Shown here one piece after another: positions 1 to 10,997 of a stretch of DNA of 64,000 bases. How positions within the stretch are numbered: the stretch's first letter is position 1; every line of letters begins with the position of its first letter. The notes under the pieces are model-generated. The model searched no databases. It worked only from the letters and a program-made list of their open reading frames with translations, and was not told the DNA's origin. Origin of the DNA: Ministeria vibrans ATCC 50519 (taxonomy: Eukaryota > Protista > Filasterea); the NCBI GenBank assembly GCA_943704425.1, contig CALSCP010000556.1:32145-96144 (forward strand), written 5' to 3'. Both the position numbers and the translations under genes were made by a program.

Positions 1-224
1 TGGCTGCTATATTGTAAGCAACTTGTGTTGAGACGAATAATACTAAGAAATTTTTATCTAAGCAATTGAGCAATCAGTAGAAGTCAGTCTGTATAAGGGA
101 TTACGAATCATGATTGAAATGATAATAATTAATAACTATAATTCCTGTGATTATTATTGTTAATGACGTCTAACGTCGTACTTTAACAGTGATACTTTTA
201 GTGGGAAAGATTTTTGTTTTAGCT

Positions 225-2394
225 TTATTGTGGTGTGGTATTTTCAGAAGGTTTCGGATTCATTGGAGAGCTGCGTACTCTACTCAAGTTGAACGTCTTG
301 GCCTTACCCATCGCCTTGATCTATTAAAAAACATGTGTGAGACAAAAAAGGAAACTGGGAGACATACTACTATTTTGTTTACCTTGAGCAGTGTCGAAAT
401 GCTGGTGATGGTGCGCACGGCATTCTCGACTTCCTCGTCAGTAACCTCAACGGGCTCTGCACAGTTCTCTTCAATGCTCGGAAGAGTCACACTGCCATTG
501 CATGTTGTAAAGGGATGGTCCTAATATGGGAAAGTTGCGCAACAGTGAGAAACATTTTGTGTGTGTTTTTGCGTACGCGAATTTGAGGGATTGTGATGCG
601 TTTTGAGGGATCTTTGGTAAGCATTTTGAGAACAATGTCTTTGTAGTCTGAGGGCAGTTGACGACGCGACGGAAACGAAACGCTATAGTGAGGGAAAGAG
701 AGTTCAGTCGTGTGTGTGTGATTTGAGATGAATAATTATTTTGGTACGGGTCACTGCGAATCTTTTCGTGTAGATCAAGAATGTTTGAGCCAACAAAGGG
801 AACTGAGCCATATCCAAAGCAAAAGAGAGTAATGCCAAGAGCCCACACGTCAACAGGACGACCATGATAGGATGACGCATCAGCTGATGTAGAGAGAAAA
901 GTGTGCGAGTGAGAGGGGCGACAGATTCAATAGGCAAACAGAGCGAGAGAGAGAAAGACAAGTTAGGGGGGAGTGAATTGATGCAAAGAGTGACAATAAC
1001 GGAGTCAATTGGAAGGGATTAAATGATAAACATGCACAGTGAGTGATTGTGAAGAGTTTGAAAATGTAAAAAAAACTTACTGTTGAGCACTTCAGGCGCA
1101 AGAAACGCAGGAGACCCTTTGGTCGCACTCAGTTCATCTTGAGATCCCTAATACACGATTTAATCGTACCACACACACAAAAAAAGATGAGTCGGAAACA
1201 AAATGCAAACTTTCAAATATCAGAGCCGAATAAATCAGTTGACCATACGCAATCTCACTCTCACACTCTCAATCAGTATCAATCAATAAAATATACCCAT
1301 TCAAAATGAGGGAACTTTCAAACATCAATCTGTATCTCAAACGCAAATGGTTTACCTGAGTGATGTGAGAGACGCCAAAGTCAGTAATCTTGGCAATGCC
1401 ATCGTCATCAATGAGAATATTGCCCGGCTTAATGTCACGGTGGATAATGTGCTTGTGATGCACTAAACCAGCAGAGACAAAAAACGCAGAGAAGTACCGC
1501 AGTGAGAATAGAATGGCAGACACAACGTGAGACAAAGTGAGAGAGACAAAATCACACTTCTTACGGTATTCAAGAGCCAACACGACATGAACAAAGTAGC
1601 GATGAGTGAGTTCGAGGGAGAGAGGCTCAACCTGTTGGACTTCCTTGATCTCCATGACAGCGCCAGAGCCGACCAGCTCAAAGACAAGGAAGAGACTGTC
1701 CTGGCCAGTGTCGTCCATGACTTCAATGAGACGTACTACGTTGGCGTGCTGCAGTTTCTTCAGGATGGCAATTTCACGACGCACGTCGTCCAGTGGAGTT
1801 GCGCGAGGAGCTGAAAGGAAGAGGAAAAGGAGAATGTTTGGGAATATAAAAAAGAGTCAACAAAAGGAATTTTGATTGTCATTACGTCCTGGTCGCGGTG
1901 GCCCAAGCGGTCCCTTTTTTCTCAGACGTTTCTTGTTGAGTACTTTGATGGCCTACACACACACACACACACACACGCACACATGTTCAGCTCCTTATCG
2001 ATGTTCCTTCGCCCTTTTCAGTACGTATCGCTGGTTCGTTTCGTTGTCAATCGCCAATCGCACTACACCAAACGCTCCGCGTCCCAACATTTTGTACATT
2101 GTGTACTGATTGATAATCTCAGCATCGTCGTCAACCTGCGACAACAGAATATTTTCATAAGACACCCAATCTCTGCGCATCTCCTTTTCCGTCTCCTATC
2201 CTTACCTCTTCTCTTGACACAGTGGTAGTTTCACGCGTCTCCACACTGCGCTTTCGTCTGGGCGACTGTAGCAATGGTCTGTAGGGCACCGGTGATTTCT
2301 GCTCTTCGCGACGCAGTGATGTCGGCGCTAATCCCACAACAACAAGTAAAATACAACAACAACCCATAAATTAATGAGTTCCACAAAGAATCTC

Positions 2395-2472
<78 letters not shown>

Positions 2473-2606
2473 ACATAAGAACTCATAATAATTCATGAGA
2501 TATCTCCATCCGTCTCTCACTCTCCCTCACTCACTCCATCTCTCTCGCTATCTCATCTCACACACAAGGACTCATATAATAATAATTCATGAGATAACTC
2601 CATCCG

Positions 2607-2638
<32 letters not shown>

Positions 2639-3206
2639 ATCTCACACACAACTTACAGAGTGACATGAGCGGCATGTTCATGTGCGACGCCGACAGCGCC
2701 CGTAGCCGTTTTCCAGACTCTGCTGCTTCGGGGGTGCCGGGAAGATGCGCGTGCAGCTGTGGATGAGGAGAGTTGAGAGTGAAGGAAAAAAAAAAAAAAA
2801 ACCGTTTGGGGAAATGACTTGAAAAACACTACTGTGAACATAGGAAGACCAAGGGGTCTTGAAGAAGGCATGTCTCAAGTGCCGGGGTGGGTGAGAGGGC
2901 ACGCGTGCGAAGTCAGAGAAGCGAGAAACAACGGAAAAACGGTTCTTTATCATTTGGTATGGGACATTATTTTACCTGTGCGGCAGACTCAGTCGTAAGA
3001 TGCGACGACGACTCTGCAGCGGAGCGGGGCGGCTCGGATTCCGACCGGAGGGGTCCCAGCAGGGACAGGGACGACGCATCCTCGACGACAATGCTCGGAG
3101 TGCGTGAGGAGTCGGAGTGGACCGACTCAGTGCGATCAGGGTCCTCCTTCTCCCCCTCGGCGTGTTTGAAGCGCCCGCTGAACGTCCGAGCAATGCGCTT
3201 CATCAT
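225..3206 (-). CDS. CAMKK: Ca2+/calmodulin-dependent protein kinase kinase (CaMKK-like), multi-exon
   Basis: Exon translations give INQY...[55 protein letters not shown]. The C-terminal [23 protein letters not shown]|[10 protein letters not shown] matches the CaMKK autoinhibitory/CaM-binding segment. Stop TAA at 225-227. Confidence 0.88.
2398..2467. repeat. (CA)n microsatellite in a CaMKK intron, followed by an ~90-bp imperfect tandem duplication (2479-2651)
   Basis: Direct reading; ACTCATA..AATAATTCATGAGATA.CTCCATCCGTCTCTC...CTATCTCATCTCACACA occurs twice. Confidence 0.9.
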
Positions 3207-3507
3207 TTTATTTTTATTTTTACGACGTGATAGGAGTGCGTCCCTCTTGCGAGTTTCGACCGAGCACTGGATTGAAAAATCACTGATCGTTGATCGGAAA
3301 ATGAAATTTAGTCACCTTCAGAGAAACTTCAGTCGATCGCACGTCACAAACAATAGCAGAAAGCATCTTCTTGGGTGTACACGTGTTTCAGAGCGACTAT
3401 TTTATTCGCCTGCCACGCAGACGCAGCGTTGCCTGTGTGCTGGATGATATCCTTCGAATCAAAACAAAAAAGTAATTGAATAGTTCACTATTATTCATTT
3501 TTCTCTG

Positions 3508-4017
3508 ATGCTCTCCACTGCTCGAAAACGAGCGCACGACGAAGGAAACGATGCCACGAGCGACGACGACTCCGAGATCACGACGGTAGAGCACACAGCG
3601 CTCTCAGACGCCCTGACGCCCGAAGACGAGCAACTCGCGCGTATTCCTCAAATTGCCGCGCGCTTTGAAATCGACCAAAAACTCGGCGAAGGTGCGCGTT
3701 CCCCGAGTGTTCTGTGGCCCTGCTGTGTCTAAACGCACCTCTCCCGTCATATCCACCTCGGGCTTCCGCCGTGCGTCGCTCATTCCTTCACACACACACA
3801 TTTTTTTCCTTCCCCCTTTTGCCCTTTCAGGCGCGTTCAGCATTGTCTACGCTGCGTCGCTTCGCTCGTCGCCTGCCGTCAAGGTTGCGCTCAAGAAGCT
3901 CTACTCCAACAGCAGCCCGCAACGTATCGCGAACGAGATCAACTGTCTGGCGAAGCTCACGTACCAATCAAAAGAGATGTTTTGCCTTTGTGACTGATCT
4001 GTCACTGTCGATTTTGT

Positions 4018-4054
<37 letters not shown>

Positions 4055-4996
4055 TTTGTCTTTTGTGGTTTATTTGCAGAAATCACGAGTCGGTGTGCCG
4101 CCTCTTAGGTGCTGTACGACACGAGGGGGACACTATTCTTGTGCTCGAGTACTTTCCCCACGATCACTTTCATGTAAACAACACACAAATAAGACAATGT
4201 TATGCTCACATGAAACGTCTGTTAGGACTACTTTGAACGACTCACGCTGGACGACACCCGTGCCTACATGCGCGGCCTCTTCTCAGCCATGGAACACATT
4301 CACGCCCTTGGCATCATCCACCGCGACATCAAACCACGCAACTTTCTCTTTAATCCGACCACACACCAATGCAAACTGGTCGACTTTGGTCTCTCCGAGT
4401 GTCGCCCCGCCACCTCAAAGCACCACCCCTCTCTCACCGCCGCAAGCAAATCATCCACTGCTGGGGGCCTTGCCGCCAGTCACAGTCACAGTCACGCCAC
4501 CGGCACGACCAGCGCCAAACCCATTCTGCACACTGTCGGTCTTGCGGGTGTCTTGCGCCACGACACCCGGCCCAAGGCGCGCTTTGTGCGTGCCGGCACC
4601 CGTGGCTTCCGCGCCGTCGAAGTCCTCCTGCAGTCGCAGCACCAAACAACTGCCATTGACGTATGGTGTGCCGGTGTGATCCTCCTCATGATCGCCGCCC
4701 GTCGCTACCCCCTCTTTGACTCCACCGACGACATGAACGGTCTGTGCGAGCTCGCGTGTGTCTTTGGCACGCGCGAACTCATCGCAGTCGCCGCAAAGCT
4801 CAACAAGACGCTCTCCTTCCACGACCATCGACCGGCCGTCCAACTCAACGACCTCTGTGACCTTCTCGCACCCACACGCGTCCAAGACTGGGCCTGCTCC
4901 GACGACATGCTCTCACTGATGAACCACTGTCTTGCACTCGATCCACACGATCGTATTACGGCTGAAGATGCGCTCAAGTTGCCCTTCTTTGAATGA
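3508..4996 (+). CDS. CDC7: Cell division cycle 7 kinase (DDK catalytic subunit), 4 exons
   Basis: KLGEG|AFSIVY, VALKKLYSNSSPQRIANEI, HRDIKPRNFL, LVDFGLSE, kinase insert, then RAGTRGFRAVEVLL...QTTAIDVWCAGVILL, the CDC7-type signature. Confidence 0.9.
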
Positions 4997-5252
4997 ATAT
5001 CTCAAATGTACATCCATGTAAAACAAACCATGAAACCAACAATTGAAACCGATTTGTACAATGTCGAATACGCACGTGTACTGTACTTGTGTGGTCGATT
5101 GTGATTTTTATATAAGTGATCGAAAAATAAAAAACGAAAATAATATTGAAAAATGAAAAATCACAATTGTTATTTGTTCGACTCACACTCAAAGTCACGC
5201 GACTTCACAGTTCACGAACATCCTTAGAGTATTATATTTTTGACTCTTGACA

Positions 5253-8200
5253 ATGGCAGCATCCCCACAGACTGCGGGCATGACGGCTCACAAATACGCG
5301 ATTGTCATCGGACGAACCATTTTCGACTCGAACACGCTCGAGCTTGGTACGCTGCCAGGGGTCGCGGCGACCGTCCGCAACATGGCGGTTGACCTTGTGC
5401 GCAACGGGTTCAAGGCGGTCGTGCTCGCAGACACGCCCATGGCGCTGTCGCTGCCCGCTTTCGACAATCCCCTTGAAAAAGGGTACGTCGACTTTGCGGT
5501 CACCGCCACTCAGAAGAAGGACCTGCTGTGGCTGCAGGCGGACACGACGCCTGCACACATTCGCAGCGCACTCGTTGACCTGGCTGCCATGGTCTCTGGG
5601 CACCTGCCGGGTCCGCTCGACGACTTGGTCATTTACATCTGCTCGCACGGCGTCCTCAACGCCAGCGACGGCTCGTACGGCGTAGCACTCGCCGACGTTC
5701 GGCGCACCAAGGCGAGTGTCCTCGATGCGAACGGTGACGTTGTGCACCCCGCCCAGTATGCCGACGCGTACACGATGGAGCAGTTGCGCGACGACTTGCG
5801 CGTCGAGCAAGAACAGCGCTGGCGCAACACTCTTGTGGTGCTCGACACGTGCCATTCGGGAGGGGCGTTTGATGCGACGGAGGTGTCGCTACGTGCGGTC
5901 GGAACGGAGGCAACCGATCAGATGCAGACGGTGTTTCAGAAGGAGTCGTACCAGTGCTTGGCGGCGGTGCCTTGTACTTCGTCGGCGTTCTGTCTGAGGC
6001 ACGGCACGGTGCTGCACATGGCGCTGCGACGAGCATGGCTGTTGCCTGGTGGCGATGGCGGGGCGTTTGCGCGGGACCGCGAGGGTGCAGCGCGGTGGGC
6101 GACAATTGGACGCGTGGCGGACCGTGTCAATGTGGAACTGGCGTCGCTGATGACAGAGATTGTGCAGAATATGCCGGCGCACCTGAAGAAATCCAACGAC
6201 AAGTACTTCTTACTGCAGACGTGTCTGTTGGGACGACTGCCGTGGCGCGGGGCGCACAACACGGGGGAGTTTGTGGTGTTCAACGAGAAGTACAGGGGGC
6301 GCAACAAGCTGGTCATGGTGCCTGCTGTGCCGGCGAGTTTCACGGGACGCCAGAAGGAGTTGGGGCAGTTGGAGACACGACTGCAACAGAGTGGGACTGC
6401 GGCGATTGGGAACCTGACGGTGTCGGCTGCGGGCGGGGTGGGAAAGAGCACACTGGCGGCGGAGTATGTGCGACGGAATGCGCATGAGTACCACTCGGTA
6501 ATTTGGGTGCAGGGAAAGAGTGCGACGACGATGATGGGATCGTATCGGGAGGCAGTGCGGTACATTCCACTGAAGGATGTGGATGCTGCCAACGCAAAGG
6601 AAGAGGAGGTGGTGGCGGCAGTGAAAGAATGGCTGTCGCACGAACGAGGATGGTTGATGGTGGTGGACGGATGTGATGTGATCACAGACGAGATGAAGAC
6701 GATGATGCCCGGTGGCGTGATGGAGGGGAAGATGATTGTGACGACACGATTGCGAAGTGTGGAGGAGTTGGGAGCGCTGTTTGAAGGAGGAGACGCACCG
6801 ATGGAGCTGGGGGTATTTGATGAGGATGAGGGAATGGAGTACATGCGGAAGCGACTGGCGAAACGCGCGAATGAAGGAGATGCGTTGAGGGATATCGTGC
6901 GTGCTGTAGGAGGAATGCCATTGGCACTTGAGTTGGCGGCAGCGTATCTGGCAGCGACGCCACATGTGAGTGCTGGAAGGTATCGTGCACGGATGGAGGC
7001 AGACAGATTGAAGGCGTTGAAGAAGAGGAGTGGAGGAGGAGGATTGGAAGATCGAGTGGTGGCGACGTACGAGCCGAGTTTGGCGCGAGCGATGGAGATT
7101 GGAGGGAAGGAGGTGGTGGGAAAGATGGTTGGAGTGACGGGTTTTTTAGAGGGGAGCGGAATGGAGGTGGCGGTGCTGCGATTGCTGGTGATGGGGCAGA
7201 GGGAGGAAGAAGAGGCGGATGAGGATGCGTTTGATGTTGCACTTGGTGCGTTGTGTCGTCTGTGCGTGGTTGATGTGAGCGGGAGTGTGGTCTCGATGCA
7301 TCAGTTGGTGCAGGACGTGTGTCGCGTAGTGGCATTTGGAGATGAGGAGGAGATGTGGAGTGAGTTGCAGAAGGTGGGGAGAGTGTTGGAAGAGGAGATT
7401 GATGATGAATCGAAAGTGTATGGAGATGTGGAGTGGAGTCGACGAGTGGGAGTGCATGGAATGCGAGTGATGGAGTGGGCGTGTGTCGAGGTGGGGAGAA
7501 GGCGGACTCGTGGCGAAACGGAGGAGTATGGTGATGGTGTTGTGTGGCTGGGAATCCAATTGAGTGTGATGTGGCGGACGTTGGGGATGTACAAGTTGGC
7601 TCTTTGTGCTGCTGAGAATGCGTGTGATTGTGTGTATGACAAGACATCAGTGCTGGCTGCAAGTGCATTTAGGACATTGGGTACTGTCCATGAGTGCCAA
7701 GGTGAATACACAAAAGCTGTGGAGGTGTATGGGCAAGCACTTGTGATTCAAGAAGCAAAGCTGGGCAAAGACCATTCTGAGACTGGCGACACACTGAACA
7801 ACATGGCTGGTGTGTTCAAGGCACAAGGAGACTACAGTCGTGCTCTTGAGTACTATGAACGTGCTCTGACCATCTGTGAGAAGTCTGTTGGTCCCGACCA
7901 CCCATCCACGAGCATCACATTGAACAACATGGCTGTTGTGTTCGAGGCACAAGGAGACTACAATCGTGCTCTTGAGTACTATGAGCGTGCTCTGACNNNN
8001 NNNNNNNNNNNNNNNNNNNNNNNNNNNNNNNNNNNNNNNNNNNNNNNNNNNNNNNNNNNNNNNNNNNNNNNNNNNNNNNNNNNNNNNNNNNNNNNNNNNN
8101 NNNNNNNNNNNNNNNNNNNNNNNNNNNNNNNNNNNNNNNNNNNNNNNNNNNNNNNNNNNNNNNNNNNNNNNNNNNNNNNNNNNNNNNNNNNNNNNNNNNN

Positions 8201-10487
8201 NNNNNNNNNNNNNNNNNNNNNNNNNNNNNNNNNNNNNNNNNNNNNNNNNNNNNNNNNNNNNNNNNNNNNNNNNNNNNNNNNNNNNNNNNNNNNNNNNNNN
8301 NNNNNNNNNNNNNNNNNNNNNNNNACACAAGGAGACTACAGTCGTGCTCTTGAGTACTACGAGCGTGCTCTGACCATCTGTGAGAAGTCTGTTGGTCCCG
8401 ACCACCCATCCACAGGCAGCACATTGAGGAACATGGCTGGTGTGTTCAAGGCACAAGGAGACTACAGTCGTGCACTTGAGTACTACGAGCGTGCTCTGAC
8501 CATCCGTGAGAAGTCTGTTGGTCCCGAGCACCCATCCACAGGCATCACATTGAACAACATGGCTGGTGTGTTCGAGGCACAAGGAGACTACAGTCGTGCA
8601 CTTGAGTACTATGAGCGTGCTCTGACCATCCGTGAGAAGTCTGTTGGTCCCGACCACCAATCTACAGGCGACACATTGAACAACATGGCTGGTGTGTTCG
8701 AGGCACAAGGAGACTACAGTCGTGCTCTTGAGTACTATAACCGTGCTCTGACCATCTGTGAGACGTCTGTTGGTCCCGACAACCCATCCACAGGCGACAT
8801 CATTTTCAACATGGCGGATATGTTTGATAAACAAGGAGACTACAGTCGTGCTCTTGAGTACTATGAGCGTACTCTGACCATTTATGAGAAGTCTGTTGGT
8901 CCCGACCACCCATCCACAGGCGACACATTGAACAACATGGCTGGTGTGTTCAAGGCACGAGGAGACTACAGTCGTGCGCTAGAGTGCTATGCGCGTGCTA
9001 TGACCATTCGTGAGAAGTCTGTTGGTCCCGACCACCCGTCCGCAGGCGACACATTGAATAACATGGCTGTTGTGTTTAAGGCGCAAGGAGACTACAGTCG
9101 TGCTCTTGAGTACTATGAACGTGCTCTGACCATCTGTGAGAAGTCTGTTGGTCCCGACCACCCATCCACGAGCATCACATTGAACAACATGGCTGTTGTG
9201 TTCGAGGCACAAGGAGACTACAATCGTGCTCTTGAGTACTATGAGCGTGCTCTGGCCATCCGTGAGAAGTCTGTTGGTCCCGACCACCCATCCACAGGCA
9301 ACACATTGAACAACATGGCTGGTGTGTTCGAGGCACAAGGAGACTACAGTCGTGCTCTTGAGTACTATGCGCGTGCTATGACCATCCGTGAGAAGTCTGT
9401 TGGTCCCGACCACCCATCCACAGGCGACACATTGAACGACATGGCTATTGTGGTCCAGGCACAAGGAGACTACAGTCGTGCTCTTGAGTACTATGAGCGT
9501 GCTCTGATCATCCGTGAGAAGTCTGTTGGTCCCGACCACCCATCCACAGGCGGCACATTGAACAACATGGCTGTTGTGTTCAAGACACAAGGAGATTACA
9601 GTCGTGCTCTTGAGTACTATGAGCGTGCGCTGACCATCTGTGAGAAGTCTGTTGGTCCCGACCACCCATCCACGAGCATCACATTGAACAACATGGCTGG
9701 TGTGTTCGAGGCACAAGGAGACTACAGTCGTGCTCTTGAGTACTATAACCGTGCTCTGACCATTTATGAGAGGTCTCTTGGTCCCGACCACCCATCGACG
9801 GGCACCACATTGAACAACATGGCCATTGTGTTCGAGGTACAAGGAGACTACAGTCGTGCTCTTGAGTACTACGAGCGTGCTCTGACCATCCGTGAGAAGT
9901 CTGTTGGTCCCGACCACCCATCCACAGGCGACACATTGAACAACATGGCTGTTGTGTTCCGTGCACAAGGAGACTACAATCGTGCTCTTGAGTACTATGA
10001 ACGTGCTATGACCATCCGTGAGAAGTCTGTTGGTCCCGACCACCCATCCACAGGCAGCACATTGAACAACATGGCTGTTGTGTTCGAGGCACAAGGAGAC
10101 TACAGTCGTGCTCTTGAGTACTATGCGCGTGCTCTGACTATCTGTGAGAAATCTGTTGGTCCCGACCACCCATCCACAGGCGACACATTGAACAACATGG
10201 CTGGTGTGTTCGAGGCACAAGGAGACTACAGTCGTGCTCTTGAGTACTATGAACGTGCTCTGGCCATCCGTGAGACGTCTGTTGGACCCGACCACCGATA
10301 TACAGGCGACATCGTTTTCAACATGGCGGATATGTTTGAGAAACAAGGAGACTACTGTCGTGCTCTTCCACTGTTCGAGCGCGCTCTAACAATTTCTGAG
10401 AACACACTTGGACAGTCGCACCCAGACACAATCTCGAACCGACTATCTTTCGATCGCGTTCACCAACGCTTGTACAATATTCTCTGA
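5253..10487 (+). CDS. NLR-like STAND protein: caspase-like (C14) protease + NB-ARC + TPR array; intronless, N gap inside
   Basis: YICSHG and VLDTCHSG (His/Cys dyad); AGGVGKST (Walker A); WLMVVDGCD (Walker B); IVTTR; GGMPLALELAAAYL (GxP); SMHQLVQ (MHD-like); at least 20 kinesin-light-chain-type 42-aa TPRs. First ATG at 5253. Confidence 0.9.
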   Translation: MAASPQTAGMTAHKYAIVIGRTIFDSNTLELGTLPGVAATVRNMAVDLVRNGFKAVVLADTPMALSLPAFDNPLEKGYVDFAVTATQKKDLLWLQADTTPAHIRSALVDLAAMVSGHLPGPLDDLVIYICSHGVLNASDGSYGVALADVRRTKASVLDANGDVVHPAQYADAYTMEQLRDDLRVEQEQRWRNTLVVLDTCHSGGAFDATEVSLRAVGTEATDQMQTVFQKESYQCLAAVPCTSSAFCLRHGTVLHMALRRAWLLPGGDGGAFARDREGAARWATIGRVADRVNVELASLMTEIVQNMPAHLKKSNDKYFLLQTCLLGRLPWRGAHNTGEFVVFNEKYRGRNKLVMVPAVPASFTGRQKELGQLETRLQQSGTAAIGNLTVSAAGGVGKSTLAAEYVRRNAHEYHSVIWVQGKSATTMMGSYREAVRYIPLKDVDAANAKEEEVVAAVKEWLSHERGWLMVVDGCDVITDEMKTMMPGGVMEGKMIVTTRLRSVEELGALFEGGDAPMELGVFDEDEGMEYMRKRLAKRANEGDALRDIVRAVGGMPLALELAAAYLAATPHVSAGRYRARMEADRLKALKKRSGGGGLEDRVVATYEPSLARAMEIGGKEVVGKMVGVTGFLEGSGMEVAVLRLLVMGQREEEEADEDAFDVALGALCRLCVVDVSGSVVSMHQLVQDVCRVVAFGDEEEMWSELQKVGRVLEEEIDDESKVYGDVEWSRRVGVHGMRVMEWACVEVGRRRTRGETEEYGDGVVWLGIQLSVMWRTLGMYKLALCAAENACDCVYDKTSVLAASAFRTLGTVHECQGEYTKAVEVYGQALVIQEAKLGKDHSETGDTLNNMAGVFKAQGDYSRALEYYERALTICEKSVGPDHPSTSITLNNMAVVFEAQGDYNRALEYYERALXXXXXXXXXXXXXXXXXXXXXXXXXXXXXXXXXXXXXXXXXXXXXXXXXXXXXXXXXXXXXXXXXXXXXXXXXXXXXXXXXXXXXXXXXXXXXXXXXXXXXXXXXXXXXXTQGDYSRALEYYERALTICEKSVGPDHPSTGSTLRNMAGVFKAQGDYSRALEYYERALTIREKSVGPEHPSTGITLNNMAGVFEAQGDYSRALEYYERALTIREKSVGPDHQSTGDTLNNMAGVFEAQGDYSRALEYYNRALTICETSVGPDNPSTGDIIFNMADMFDKQGDYSRALEYYERTLTIYEKSVGPDHPSTGDTLNNMAGVFKARGDYSRALECYARAMTIREKSVGPDHPSAGDTLNNMAVVFKAQGDYSRALEYYERALTICEKSVGPDHPSTSITLNNMAVVFEAQGDYNRALEYYERALAIREKSVGPDHPSTGNTLNNMAGVFEAQGDYSRALEYYARAMTIREKSVGPDHPSTGDTLNDMAIVVQAQGDYSRALEYYERALIIREKSVGPDHPSTGGTLNNMAVVFKTQGDYSRALEYYERALTICEKSVGPDHPSTSITLNNMAGVFEAQGDYSRALEYYNRALTIYERSLGPDHPSTGTTLNNMAIVFEVQGDYSRALEYYERALTIREKSVGPDHPSTGDTLNNMAVVFRAQGDYNRALEYYERAMTIREKSVGPDHPSTGSTLNNMAVVFEAQGDYSRALEYYARALTICEKSVGPDHPSTGDTLNNMAGVFEAQGDYSRALEYYERALAIRETSVGPDHRYTGDIVFNMADMFEKQGDYCRALPLFERALTISENTLGQSHPDTISNRLSFDRVHQRLYNIL
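7760..10420 (+). repeat. Coding tandem array of 126-bp units (TPR)
   Basis: CAAGGAGACTACAGTCGTGCTCTTGAGTACTATGAGCGTGCTCTGACCATC...GAGAAGTCTGTTGGTCCCGACCACCCATCCAC recurs every 126 bp. Confidence 0.97.
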
Positions 10488-10997
10488 TTCCAGGTTCTCT
10501 TTTGACTATTTTCATGTAAATCTAATCAAGTTACTCTAACATTCCACAAGTCGCGATTAAATTATCTCATAATCATTTGAGTTCCACACCTGCCACAACG
10601 AAAGTCAAAGAACACTCAAAAGGAAAACTCTTTCTTCTCTCTACCAGCACAACACTACCCAGTGTTCACTTGACACTTTCCACTTGCCAGTGAGCAGTGA
10701 GTCGCCACTCTTACCTATCTCGGGTTGTTTCTCCCGAGACACTATTAGGAAACGATTCATTACATGAGTAATTGTTACATGAGAGCGTTTCACACACCGT
10801 TTTTGTGGGTCTACGGGTGTTCCAATAAAGCTCCAATTCTCCATCTTCCAACTTCTTCGGGGCTAGCCTATGTTCCATGGTGATTGGTGGACGATTGTAC
10901 TACTCTTCCTTTCGATTTTATTCTTTCATTTTAGTCATCTAACTCTGATACTTTTGGCTTTTGTCATTTTTTTTACACATTAATTTTTCTTCTGCCC

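Noticed and set aside
4612-4622. CDC7 APE motif reads AVE
   Set aside because: A single substitution with HRD, DFG and VALK intact; not enough to claim a pseudokinase.
7647-10346. Antisense 420/455-aa ORFs over the TPR array
   Set aside because: Same repeat-shadow effect.
7760-10420. Regular repeats resembling a CRISPR array
   Set aside because: Units are contiguous in-frame coding repeats without unique spacers; eukaryotic context and no cas genes.
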